This document shows positions 37,196 through 46,360 of a stretch of 64,000 nt of DNA, piece by piece. Positions within the stretch are counted from its first letter, which is position 1, and every line of letters begins with the position of its first letter. The notes beneath the pieces are model-generated. The model was given only the letters and a program-made list of their open reading frames with translations. It was not told where the DNA came from and ran no database searches. The stretch is from NCBI GenBank assembly GCA_963828735.1, contig CAWHFW010000005.1, positions 1,184,001 through 1,248,000 of the forward strand, given 5' to 3'. The position numbers were made by a program, and so were the translations under genes. The DNA comes from an uncultured Gemmatimonadales bacterium. GTDB taxonomy: Bacteria; Gemmatimonadota; Gemmatimonadetes; Gemmatimonadales; GWC2-71-9.

Positions 37196-38604
37196 GCGGC
37201 TCGACCGTACTGATCGTAGACGACGAGCGCACGCTCGCGCGCGCGATCAGGGCCTTTCTCACCGAATCCGGATATGAGGCTGAGGTCGCCGGCGATGCGG
37301 AGCAGGCGCTCCGGCTGCTCGAGACGATGAAGCCCGACGTCGTGTTCACCGACGTCCGGCTGCCGGGCATGAACGGGATCGACCTGTTGCGCCGCATCCG
37401 GGAGTTCGACCCCGCCATTCCCGTGATCATCATGACGGCGCACGGCACGATCGAGGGCGCCGTCGAGGCCGTGAAGCTCGGGGCCTTCGACTATCTCAAG
37501 AAGCCGGTGGACCTGGAGGAGCTCCGACTGCTGGCTGACCGGGCCCGCGAGAACTCGCAGCTCCGGCAGGAGCTCAGCTACTACCGCCGGCGCGACGCCG
37601 CGCGAGAAACGCCGCTGGCGGGCGTGATCGGTGACTCGCCCGCGATTCGGGCCGTGCTCGATCAGGCCCGGCAGATTGCCGCGCTCGACGAGACGCCGCC
37701 GGTCCTCATCATCGGGGAGACCGGAACCGGCAAGGGTCTGGTGGCCCGGATGATTCACGGCGCGAGCCCCCGATCGGCCAAGCCGTTCATCGAAGTGAAT
37801 TGCACCGCGATCCCATCCACGCTCATGGAAGCCGAGCTGTTCGGCCACGAGCGCGGCGCGTTCACCGACGCGAAGGAGTCGCGGATGGGCCTCTTCGAGG
37901 CGGCGGACGGCGGGTTTCTGTTCCTCGACGAGGTGGGCGACGTGGAGTTGAGCCTGCAAGGGAAGCTGCTGAAGGCGGTGGAGGACCGGACCATCCGCCG
38001 GGTCGGCGGCATTCGCGACCGCCGGATCGATGTGCGCATCATGGCGGCAACCAATCGCGATCTCGAGCGCGACGCGCAGCGCGAGCAGTTCCGGAGGGAT
38101 CTCTATTTCCGTCTCGCCGTGATCATCCTGCATTTGCCGCCTCTGCGCGAGCGGGGCAACGACGTCCTGGTCCTCGCGCAGCACTACCTCGATCGGTTCA
38201 ACGCGAAGTATGGAAAACAGGTGCGGCAGATCGATCCTCGGGCCCGCGAGCTGCTCTTGGCCAACCCCTGGCCCGGCAACGTCCGCGAGCTGAGCCACGT
38301 GATCGAGCGCGCGGTGCTCTGGAGCCGGGGAGCGACGCTCGACGCGGAGCACCTGTCTCTCGCGACGCCCGTCCCCGTGGCCGAGACGGCCGAGCTGCCG
38401 GCCGAGCCGGTGCCGCCGCCTGAGGCGGTGGTTGCTGGGGCGCCCGGCCTCCCGCCAACCGGGATGGATCTCGAGGGATGGGAAAGGGCTATGATCGAGC
38501 AGGCGCTCCGCGAGTGCGAGGGCAATCAGACACGGGCGGCACAGCGGCTTGGAATCAGCCGCGACACCCTGCGGTATCGGCTCAAGAAGTTCGGCCTCTC
38601 CTAG
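37192..38604 (+). CDS. sigma54-dependent response regulator (NtrC/AtoC family)
   Basis: REC domain; GETGTGKG; GAFTDA (GAFTGA variant); WPGNVREL; Fis-type HTH. Confidence 0.93.
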   Translation: MSGSTVLIVDDERTLARAIRAFLTESGYEAEVAGDAEQALRLLETMKPDVVFTDVRLPGMNGIDLLRRIREFDPAIPVIIMTAHGTIEGAVEAVKLGAFDYLKKPVDLEELRLLADRARENSQLRQELSYYRRRDAARETPLAGVIGDSPAIRAVLDQARQIAALDETPPVLIIGETGTGKGLVARMIHGASPRSAKPFIEVNCTAIPSTLMEAELFGHERGAFTDAKESRMGLFEAADGGFLFLDEVGDVELSLQGKLLKAVEDRTIRRVGGIRDRRIDVRIMAATNRDLERDAQREQFRRDLYFRLAVIILHLPPLRERGNDVLVLAQHYLDRFNAKYGKQVRQIDPRARELLLANPWPGNVRELSHVIERAVLWSRGATLDAEHLSLATPVPVAETAELPAEPVPPPEAVVAGAPGLPPTGMDLEGWERAMIEQALRECEGNQTRAAQRLGISRDTLRYRLKKFGLS

Positions 38605-38613
38605 AATCGGCGC

Positions 38614-38647
38614 TGGGTGGAATCACCCAATTGGGTGAGATCCCCCA
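38614..38647 (+). promoter_or_regulatory. Tandem palindromic upstream activator sites
   Basis: TGGGTG-GAAT-CACCCA (38614-38629) and TGGGTG-AGAT-CCCCCA (38632-38647). Confidence 0.7.
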
Positions 38648-38747
38648 CTCATTGCCGATCCGCGCGCCGCGGCTTGCCGCTCGGTTGCTGCGTTGCAACT
38701 CCTTTACCAACTTGTGATTGCACGTCGATGCCAGCTCAGTGCCGTTT

Positions 38748-38764
38748 TCGGCACGCGCTCTGCA
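38748..38764 (+). promoter_or_regulatory. sigma54 -24/-12 promoter of pqqA
   Basis: TCGGCACGCGCTCTGCA; GG(38750-51)-N10-GC(38762-63). Confidence 0.7.
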
Positions 38765-38801
38765 TTTGAGCGGGCGTCGTCGGGTTATCTCTGAATCCGA
38801 C

Positions 38802-38817
38802 TGGGTGGCAACACCCA
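38802..38817 (+). promoter_or_regulatory. Third copy of the TGGGTG-N4-CACCCA palindrome, downstream of the promoter
   Basis: TGGGTG-GCAA-CACCCA, perfect. Confidence 0.6.
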
Positions 38818-38868
38818 ATGTGAGTCAGGGCCAAGCCGGCCCCCCTTCAACCCCCGGAGGATTCGATC

Positions 38869-38943
38869 ATGAAGTGGACCAAGCCCGAGGCCGAAGTCGT
38901 GGCCGTCACGATGGAAGTCACCGCTTACGTCGCGACGCTCTAA
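38869..38943 (+). CDS. pqqA: PQQ precursor peptide (24 aa, absent from ORF track)
   Basis: MKWTKPEAEVVAVTMEVTAYVATL; WxKP leader and E-x3-Y core; GGAGGA SD. Confidence 0.93.
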   Translation: MKWTKPEAEVVAVTMEVTAYVATL

Positions 38944-38957
38944 GGTAAAGTGCTGAT

Positions 38958-38993
38958 CTGAGGGGCTCGCGAAAGCGGGCCCCTCAGTCTTTT
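38958..38993 (+). terminator. Terminator/attenuator hairpin between pqqA and pqqB
   Basis: CTGAGGGGCTCGC-GAAA-GCGGGCCCCTCAG + TCTTTT. Confidence 0.8.
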
Positions 38994-39014
38994 CAGCCCC
39001 ACCGCCGCGCCAGA

Positions 39015-39923
39015 GTGCAGGTCGTTCTCCTCGGTACCGCCGCCGGCGGGGGATTCCCCCAATGGAATTGCTGGTGCCCCACATGCCGGATCGCGCGAAT
39101 CGATCCGCGGCGTGCTGTGCCGCGCACCCAGTCGTCGGCCGCGGTCAGCGCGGACGGCGAACGTTGGTTCCTGCTCAACGCGTCGCCGGACGTTCATGAC
39201 CAGCTGCGGTGGCTCTCCGTCCCGAACCCTGGTGCTGTCCGTCATGTGCCGGTCGAAGGCATCGTCTTGACCGACGCCGAGCTCGACCACACGCTTGGAC
39301 TGGTGCTCCTGCGCGAGGCTCGGCGGCTGCAAGTGGCCGCGACTGACGCGGTACGCCGGGTCCTCGAGGACGATTCGCGACTGCTGCCGGTCACGCGGGC
39401 GTTCGCCGAGGTCACCGTCACCGAGCTGGTGCCCGATCGAGGCGTGGGGCTCTGCTATCGCGACGGCACGGCGAGCGGCCTCCGGGTCACCTGCTTCCCG
39501 GTGCCGGCCGGACCGCCCCGGTTCGCCCGGGAGGACCAGCCAGGCCATACGGTGGGCCTCGTCATTCAGGATGAACGGTCCGGGGCCACGTGCGCCTTCG
39601 TGCCTGGCTGCGGCGGCCTCGACGAGGCGCTCTCGCGCCGCCTCGCGTCTGCCGATCTCGTCCTGTTCGATGGCACCTTCTGGACCGACGACGAACTGAT
39701 CCGCCTCGGGATCGGTGACCGCACCGCGCGGGAGATGGATCACGTACCCGTGTCGGGCGCTGATGGGAGCCTCGCCCGTCTGGGTACGTTACAGGCCAGG
39801 CAGCGGGTCTACACGCACATCAACAACACCAACCCCATGCTGCTCGAGGACGGACCCGAGCGGGACCAGGTCGAGCGAGCCGGTCTCCGGGTCGGCGTCG
39901 ACGGCATGCGATTCACCCTGTGA
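39015..39923 (+). CDS. pqqB: PQQ biosynthesis protein B
   Basis: LGTAAGGGFPQWNC.C..C, RTQSS, LDHTLGL, HINNTNP. Confidence 0.95.
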   Translation: MQVVLLGTAAGGGFPQWNCWCPTCRIARIDPRRAVPRTQSSAAVSADGERWFLLNASPDVHDQLRWLSVPNPGAVRHVPVEGIVLTDAELDHTLGLVLLREARRLQVAATDAVRRVLEDDSRLLPVTRAFAEVTVTELVPDRGVGLCYRDGTASGLRVTCFPVPAGPPRFAREDQPGHTVGLVIQDERSGATCAFVPGCGGLDEALSRRLASADLVLFDGTFWTDDELIRLGIGDRTAREMDHVPVSGADGSLARLGTLQARQRVYTHINNTNPMLLEDGPERDQVERAGLRVGVDGMRFTL

Positions 39924-40685
39924 CCAGGCTCATGACCACGACGCTCACCGCTTCGCAGCTCGCGACCCCGCCTCGACCTCCGATTCCCGCGCTCGAGCGC
40001 CCCCTCAGTCCGGCGGAGCTGGAGGACGCCCTGCGATCCTTCCACGGCTCGTACTACGTGCAGCACCCGTTCCACCAGCTGATGTACGCGGGCAAGCTGT
40101 CACAGCGGGCAGTTCCAGGGCTGGGCTGCCAACCGGCTCGCCTACCAGCGCGTGGTGCCCCGGAAGGACGCCGCGATCCTTTCCAATTGCCCGGATCCCG
40201 AGGTCCGCCGCGAGTGGATCCAGCGGATCGTGGATCACGATGGCGCGTCCCCCGGCACCGGCGGCATCGAGATGTGGATCCGGCTGGGCATCGCGCTCGG
40301 CGTACCGCGGGAGGAGATGGAGGATGAGCGCCACGTGCTGCCGGCCGTGCGGCTCATCTGCGAGTCGTACGTGACCTTCTGCAAGAGCAAGCCGTGGCAG
40401 GAAGCCTGCGCCTCGTCCCTCACCGAGCTGTTCGCGCCAAAGATTCACCAGCAGCGGATCGAGGCCTTCCCGGTCCACTATCCATGGATCCCGCCCGAGG
40501 GGCTCGACTACTTCAAGAGCCGCCTGGTGCAGGCGCCGCGCGACGTGAGTCACGGGCTTCGCATCGTCCGCGCATGGGCCACCACGCCGGAGCGCCAGCG
40601 CAAGGTGTTCGAGGCGCTCGCGTTCAAGCTCGAGATGCTGTGGGCGATGATCGACACCATCCACAATGCCTACCGCGAGGATTGA
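39920..40685 (+). CDS. pqqC: PQQ synthase (apparent +1 frameshift near 40108)
   Basis: HPFHQLM, then after the shift WAANR.AYQ...KDAAILSNC, LTELFAP.IH, RL.QAPRD. Confidence 0.92.
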
Positions 40686-40686
40686 A

Positions 40687-40950
40687 GTGGCGCTTTCGCC
40701 GGACGCGGTGCCCCGGATCTGGCGCCTGGCGCGGCTGGACTATGATCCGGCACGCCAGCGGCCGGTGCTGCTCTATCCCGAGGGCGCGGTGCTGCTCAAC
40801 GAGACCGGCCGCGCCATCCTCGAGCTGGTCGACGGCACCCGCACCGTCGCGCAGATCGCCGCCGAGCTGAGCGAGCGTTACCAGACCGACGTCGCGGCCG
40901 ACGTGACCGAGTACCTGTCGCAGCTGGCCGAGAGAGAGCTGATCCAATGA
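40687..40950 (+). CDS. pqqD: PQQ biosynthesis peptide chaperone (RRE)
   Basis: VLLYPEG..LNET...ILELVDG.RTV. Confidence 0.92.
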   Translation: MALSPDAVPRIWRLARLDYDPARQRPVLLYPEGAVLLNETGRAILELVDGTRTVAQIAAELSERYQTDVAADVTEYLSQLAERELIQ

Positions 40951-42042
40951 CCACGCACGAACGCCCGACCACCCTGCTCGCGGAGCTGACCCACCGCTGC
41001 CCGCTCCACTGCCCGTACTGCTCGAATCCTCTCGACCTGCTTCGGGCCGAGAGCGAGATCGCAACGGAGGAATGGAAGCGGGTCTTCACCCAGGCACGCG
41101 AGCTGGGCGTGCTGCAGCTCGGTCTGTCGGGCGGCGAGCCGCTGGTCCGAAAGGACCTCGAGGATCTGGCGCTGCATGCCCGCGGCCTCGGGCTCTACAC
41201 GACGCTGGTGACCTCCGGCCTCGGCCTGACGCGCAAGCGCGCCGAGGCCCTTCGCGCCGCCGGCCTCGAGCACGTGCAGGTCTCGGTGCAGGATGTCGAC
41301 CCAGAGACGGCTGAGCGCATCGCGGGGGTGAGCTCGGTCAAGCAGAAGCAGGCCGCGATCGCGCTGGTGAAGGAGCTGGGGTTCGCGTTCTCGGTGAACG
41401 TCGTGCTGCATCGCGCCAATCTCGATCGGATCGGCGAGATCATCGACCTGGCCGCGGGGTATGGCGCCGACCGGCTGGAGCTCGCCAACACGCAGTACTA
41501 CGGCTGGGGGCTTCGCAATCGTGCGTCGCTCATGCCGAGCCGAGACCAGGTGCTTCGGGCCAAGGACATCGCGCAGGACCGGATGCAGCGCTACAAGGGC
41601 ACGATGCAGATCACCTTCGTTCTGCCCGACTATTTCGAGGAGCTGCCCAAGGCCTGCTACGGCGGATGGGGACGCTACTACATCGTCGTGGCGCCGGACG
41701 GCCGCGCGCTCCCCTGCCACGGGGCCTACGCCATTCCATCGCTCGAGCTGCCGAACGTCCGGCAGCATTCGCATCGACTGGATCTGGCGCGAGTCTTCGG
41801 CGTTCCAGGCCTTCCGCGGGGACGCGTGGATGAAAGAGCCCTGCCGAAGCTGTCCCCGTAAGGCGGTGGACTTCGGTGGCTGTCGCTGTCAGGCGCTCGC
41901 GCTGACCGGGGACGCCGCCAATGCCGACCCGGTCTGCACCCTGAGCCCCCACCGGCATCTGATCGACGAGGCGCTGCTCGAGCACGCCGACGCCGACACG
42001 TACGTCTACCGCGACTACGCCTCCGAGCCACAGCGCGCGTGA
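40947..42042 (+). CDS. pqqE: Radical SAM/SPASM PqqA cyclase (apparent +1 frameshift near 41772)
   Basis: [39 protein letters not shown] tail CRSC...DFGGCRCQA...DPVC in the next frame. Confidence 0.93.
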
Positions 42043-42965
42043 GCGCGACAGCTCCTGCGATCGTCACCGAAGGGCTCGGGCGCGACTACGGCGGCGTTCG
42101 AGCCCTCGACGCGCTGGACCTCGAGGTGCCGGTCGGGTCCCTGGTCGGACTGCTCGGCCCCAACGGCGCGGGCAAGACGACGGCGATGCTGCTGCTTGCC
42201 ACGCTTCTCGCTCCCACGCGAGGGACGGCGCGCGTTCTCGGGCATGACGTCGTGCGCGCCAGGCGGCCGGTGCGGCGGCGCCTGGGGCTCGTGTTTCAGG
42301 AAAGCAGCGTGGACGGACTCCTGACCGTCGAGGAGAACCTGCGGTTCGCGGCGCGACTCGTGGGACTCGGCGGACGCGAGATGCGCTCGGCCGTCGCCGT
42401 GGCCATCGATCGGGCCGGCCTCGGCGTACGCGCCGCTCAGCCCGCGGGTCAGCTCTCCGGAGGGTGGAGGCGGCTCGTCGATGTGGCCCGGGCCACCCTG
42501 CACCGGCCGGAGCTGTTGATCCTCGATGAGCCCACCGTCGGGCTCGATCCCGAGCACCGGGAGCTGATCTGGACCATCCTCGCCGCGGAGCGGCGGGAGC
42601 ACGGCACCACGGTCCTCTTCTCCACCCACTATCTCGCGGAGGCGGAGCCGGCCGACCGGGTGGTGCTGCTCTCCCGCGGGCGAGTCGTGGCCGATGACGA
42701 CCCTGCGACACTTCGATCCTCGATCGGCGCCGAAGTCGCGGAGATCGAGGGGCCGGGAGCGGAGCGCCTGGTGCGGGCGCTTCGCGGCCTCGGGGCGGTT
42801 GCGACGGTGTTGCGTACCGAGCGGGGCTTTCGAGTCGGCATCGCGCGCGAGCGCGAGGCCGTGATCGAGCTCGCCACGGTCGCGGAGGGCCTCGAGCGCT
42901 TCGCGTTCCGGCCGGCGAGCCTGGAGGACGTCTACTTCGCGCGGACGCGCGGAGGCGAGGCGTGA
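42039..42965 (+). CDS. ABC transporter ATP-binding protein
   Basis: [24 protein letters not shown]. Confidence 0.9.
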   Translation: MSATAPAIVTEGLGRDYGGVRALDALDLEVPVGSLVGLLGPNGAGKTTAMLLLATLLAPTRGTARVLGHDVVRARRPVRRRLGLVFQESSVDGLLTVEENLRFAARLVGLGGREMRSAVAVAIDRAGLGVRAAQPAGQLSGGWRRLVDVARATLHRPELLILDEPTVGLDPEHRELIWTILAAERREHGTTVLFSTHYLAEAEPADRVVLLSRGRVVADDDPATLRSSIGAEVAEIEGPGAERLVRALRGLGAVATVLRTERGFRVGIAREREAVIELATVAEGLERFAFRPASLEDVYFARTRGGEA

Positions 42966-43762
42966 GCGCGTGGAGCGCGGTCGTCGGCATCGTCGTCCGG
43001 GACCTGATCCGCACGACCCGGCAAACCAGCCGCCTCCTCGGTGGGCTCGTCCGCCCGTTCATGTGGCTGCTGCTCGTCGGGACGGGCTACAACGCCATCG
43101 CGCGGCTGTCCAACGGGCTACCCTACCACGCGTTCGTGTTTCCCGGAATCGTGATCATGGCGGCGCTCTTCGGGGGAATGCTGACCGCGATCGGTACGGT
43201 GTACGATCGCGAGTTCGGGATGCTGCGCCTTATGCTCGCGAGCCCGGCCGGCGTGCCCGCCGTGCTCACGGGTCGCATGATCGCGGCGGCACTCGTCGGG
43301 ATTCTCCAGGGAGGGGTCGTGCTGGCCTGCGCGCCGCTCGTGATCGCGGTCTCCGCCGGCCACTTCGCCGCGGCGATCGGTGCGCTGTCGCTCGCGGCGG
43401 TCTCCAGCGCGGTGCTGGGACTGCTGGTGGCCTCGCGCCTGCGCTCGGTGGAGAACTTCGCCGGGGTGATCAACGTGGTGCTGTTCCCGCTCCTGTTCGT
43501 GAGCGGCGCGCTCTATCCCACCTCCGGCATGCCAGGCCCCCTGCGACTGCTCGCCGGCCTGAACCCGGTCACCTACCAGGTGGACCTGATGCGGCGCGCG
43601 CTCGGCCAGCCGGCGGAGTTCGGGGTCGTGCGGGACCTCCTCGTGCTCGTCGCGACGACGGTCGTCGCGTTCGGCGTGACGGCGCTGGTGTTCGATCCGG
43701 AGCAGCGGTTCGTCCGGCGGACGGGTGGGCGGGTGGACGTCGGGGGTACGGCGAGGCCCTAG
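42962..43762 (+). CDS. ABC-2 type permease (resembles PQQ-dehydrogenase-associated permeases)
   Basis: LVRPFMWL, VYDREFG, FVSGALYP, NPVTY. Confidence 0.85.
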   Translation: MSAWSAVVGIVVRDLIRTTRQTSRLLGGLVRPFMWLLLVGTGYNAIARLSNGLPYHAFVFPGIVIMAALFGGMLTAIGTVYDREFGMLRLMLASPAGVPAVLTGRMIAAALVGILQGGVVLACAPLVIAVSAGHFAAAIGALSLAAVSSAVLGLLVASRLRSVENFAGVINVVLFPLLFVSGALYPTSGMPGPLRLLAGLNPVTYQVDLMRRALGQPAEFGVVRDLLVLVATTVVAFGVTALVFDPEQRFVRRTGGRVDVGGTARP

Positions 43763-43763
43763 C

Positions 43764-44591
43764 TCAGCGCGCGGAGGCTCCCTCGTCGCAGCCTCTCGGT
43801 CCCAGCACCAGCTCCACGTCCTGCTCCAAACGAGAGCGGAGCGGCAGCTTGAGGGGGCCGCCGGCGGGCACGGTGGTCTCGACCACGATATGCCGGCCGC
43901 GCCGCAGCAGGCCCCGCTCCTGGTCCCAATCGATCTCGCCGTCCTCCGTGGTCACTTCCGTCGCCGAGAGCTGGGTGGTGTCGCCCTTGATCGACGCGGT
44001 GCCGGATCGGGATCGGGCATGCATCACCAGGCGCTGGATCAGCCGTCTATCCGCGGTGCTGTCCGCGATCCGGCGCAGCTCGAGTCCGTGGCCGTCGCTC
44101 CATTCCTGTCCCACGGCGAGGGCGCGGGTCGGGAGTGGAGGCAACAGGTCATCCAGGGCGGCCCCGACATCCGCGACTTCCGCGACCTCGTCGGGAACGA
44201 ACGGACGAGCCTGGACCTGGTAGCGGCCTGACGTCGAGAGCGTGCCCCGGAATCGCCCGCCCAGGAGCCCGTCCGTGTCGGGCACGAGCTTGGCCTCGGG
44301 GCTCTCGCGGGACAGCGCGAGCGAATCGTACCATGCCTCGAGCGCGATCGCCTCATTCGCGGGCCGTGCCCGGAATCGCAGCACCCCGTCGCGCAGCAGG
44401 GTTTCCCGCCGGCGGCGTGCGCCCGTCTCGGCCTCGAGCCGCGCGCGCGATCGCTCCGCGTAGGTGGCACAGTCGAGCTGGGCGGGCACGTAGCGGAACT
44501 GGATCGTGCCGGCGGGCTGCTGGGAACGCGCGGCTCCCGCGGCCGTGAGCGCGAGCAGCGCGATGACCGCGGGACGCGATCCGGCGATCAC
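43764..44591 (-). CDS. Hypothetical exported protein
   Basis: Signal peptide; GTG overlaps pruA stop; beta-rich. Confidence 0.65.
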   Translation of the reverse strand: MIAGSRPAVIALLALTAAGAARSQQPAGTIQFRYVPAQLDCATYAERSRARLEAETGARRRRETLLRDGVLRFRARPANEAIALEAWYDSLALSRESPEAKLVPDTDGLLGGRFRGTLSTSGRYQVQARPFVPDEVAEVADVGAALDDLLPPLPTRALAVGQEWSDGHGLELRRIADSTADRRLIQRLVMHARSRSGTASIKGDTTQLSATEVTTEDGEIDWDQERGLLRRGRHIVVETTVPAGGPLKLPLRSRLEQDVELVLGPRGCDEGASAR

Positions 44592-46228
44592 GCCTCAGCC
44601 ATGAACGGGTAGCGATAGTCCGTGGGGGGCGCGAGAGTCTCCTTGATGCTCCGGGGCGATACCCAGCGAAGCAGGTTCAGCACCGAGCCGGCCTTGTCGT
44701 TGGTTCCGCTGGCTCGTGCGCCACCGAAGGGCTGCTGCCCCACCACGGCGCCGGTGGGCTTGTCGTTCACGTAGTAGTTCCCGGCGGCCTGGCGGAGGAC
44801 CCGGTCGGCCTCGACCACGGCGGCACGATCCCGCGCGAACACCGCTCCGGTGAGCGCGTACGGTCCCGTCCGGTTCACCAGCTCGAGCGTCTCGCTCCAC
44901 TTGCCCGCTGGATAGACGTGGGTCGTGAGCACCGGGCCGAAGAGCTCCTCGCACATGGTGCGGTACGTCGGGTCCTCGACCTGCAGCAGGGTCGGCTGGA
45001 TGAAGTAGCCCACGCTGTCGTCGGCGCCGCCGCCCGCGAGGATCGTGACGCCCGCGGCCTTCCGCGCGGCCTCGAGGTGGTCCCGGAGGCGGGTGAACGC
45101 GCGCCGGTCGATCACGGCGCCCATGAAGTTCCGGAAATCCGCCACATCGCCCATCCGGATATCCTCGATCATCGCCACGGCCCGGTCGCGGACGGCCGGC
45201 CACAGGGTGTCCGGGATGTACGCCCGCGAGGCCGCGCTGCACTTCTGTCCCTGGTACTCGTAGGCCCCGCGAACCATCGCGACCGCCAGCGCCTCGGCAT
45301 CCGCGCTGGGGTGGGCGACGATGAAGTCCTTGCCGCCCGTCTCACCGACGATCCGCGGATAGGTGCGGTAGCGCTCGAGGTTGTCGCCGATCGTCTTCCA
45401 CAGGCTGCGGAAGACCGTCGTCGACCCGGTGAAGTGGATACCGGCGAACTCGGGATGCGAGAGGAGCGTCCGGCTCACCGCGACCGCGTCGCCCGGCACG
45501 AAGTTGATCACGCCAGGGGGAAGCCCGGCCTGCTCGAGCAGCTTGTAGAAGTGCCAGTTGCTGAGCACGGCGGTGTGCGATGGTTTCCACACGACCGTGT
45601 TCCCCATGAGCGCCGGCGCGGTCGGCAGGTTGCCGCCGATGGCGGTGAAGTTGAAGGGCGTGATCGCGTAGACGAAGCCCTCGAGCGGCCGATGATCCAT
45701 CCGGTTCCAGGCCCCCGGCGCCGACTCGGGCTGCTCCTGATAGATCCGCTCCGCGAAGTGGACATTGAAGCGGAGAAAATCGATCAGCTCGCAGGCGCTG
45801 TCGATTTCCGCCTGGAACGCCGTCTTGCTCTGGCCTAGCATGGTGGCCGCGTTCACGCGCTGGCGGTGCGTCGTCGCCAGCATGTCGGCCGCCCGGAGGA
45901 AGACCGCCGCGCGGTCCTCGAAGCGCGAATTGGCCCAGTCGCGCTGGGCCTCGACCGCGGACGCGACGGCGGAGTCGATCGTGCTCTGCTCCGCTTCGTG
46001 AAGCTTGGCCAGGACCCGGGTATGACAGTGAGGTGAGACCACGTCGTGGACGTTGCCGCTTCGGATCTCACGCCCACCGACGACGGCGGGGATGTCGGGG
46101 CGGTCCGCGCCCACGCTGGTGAGAGCGCTCTTGAGGGCGGCGCGCTCGGCCGTTCCCGGCGCGTAGGTCAGGACCGGCTCGTTGTGGGGGCGGGGAATGT
46201 TCGGGATGCCGCTCATCAGCGTGTCCAA
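44588..46228 (-). CDS. pruA: L-glutamate gamma-semialdehyde (P5C) dehydrogenase
   Basis: ITPFNFT, FTGST, GETGGKDF, YQGQKCSA, QPFGGARASGTNDKAG. Confidence 0.95.
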   Translation of the reverse strand: MDTLMSGIPNIPRPHNEPVLTYAPGTAERAALKSALTSVGADRPDIPAVVGGREIRSGNVHDVVSPHCHTRVLAKLHEAEQSTIDSAVASAVEAQRDWANSRFEDRAAVFLRAADMLATTHRQRVNAATMLGQSKTAFQAEIDSACELIDFLRFNVHFAERIYQEQPESAPGAWNRMDHRPLEGFVYAITPFNFTAIGGNLPTAPALMGNTVVWKPSHTAVLSNWHFYKLLEQAGLPPGVINFVPGDAVAVSRTLLSHPEFAGIHFTGSTTVFRSLWKTIGDNLERYRTYPRIVGETGGKDFIVAHPSADAEALAVAMVRGAYEYQGQKCSAASRAYIPDTLWPAVRDRAVAMIEDIRMGDVADFRNFMGAVIDRRAFTRLRDHLEAARKAAGVTILAGGGADDSVGYFIQPTLLQVEDPTYRTMCEELFGPVLTTHVYPAGKWSETLELVNRTGPYALTGAVFARDRAAVVEADRVLRQAAGNYYVNDKPTGAVVGQQPFGGARASGTNDKAGSVLNLLRWVSPRSIKETLAPPTDYRYPFMAEA

Positions 46229-46298
46229 GGCTCGAAAGGAGCAGGGAAAATAATCATAGGAAGGGGGCGGCGCGGGCAGGCTGAGGTTCCTGAGGCAC

Positions 46299-46324
46299 GA
46301 CGGGCCATGCCTGCATGGCCCGTC
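46299..46324 (-). terminator. Stem-loop downstream of PAP2 gene
   Basis: GACGGGCCATGC-CT-GCATGGCCCGTC perfect 12-nt inverted repeat. Confidence 0.55.
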
Positions 46325-46360
46325 ATCGTCCTATGTCTTCGGTCAAGCAGAGCCGTCGGA

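Noticed and set aside
40100..41780. Programmed frameshifting in pqqC/pqqE
   Set aside because: No slippery sequence; unrelated genes in the window show the same single-base indels.
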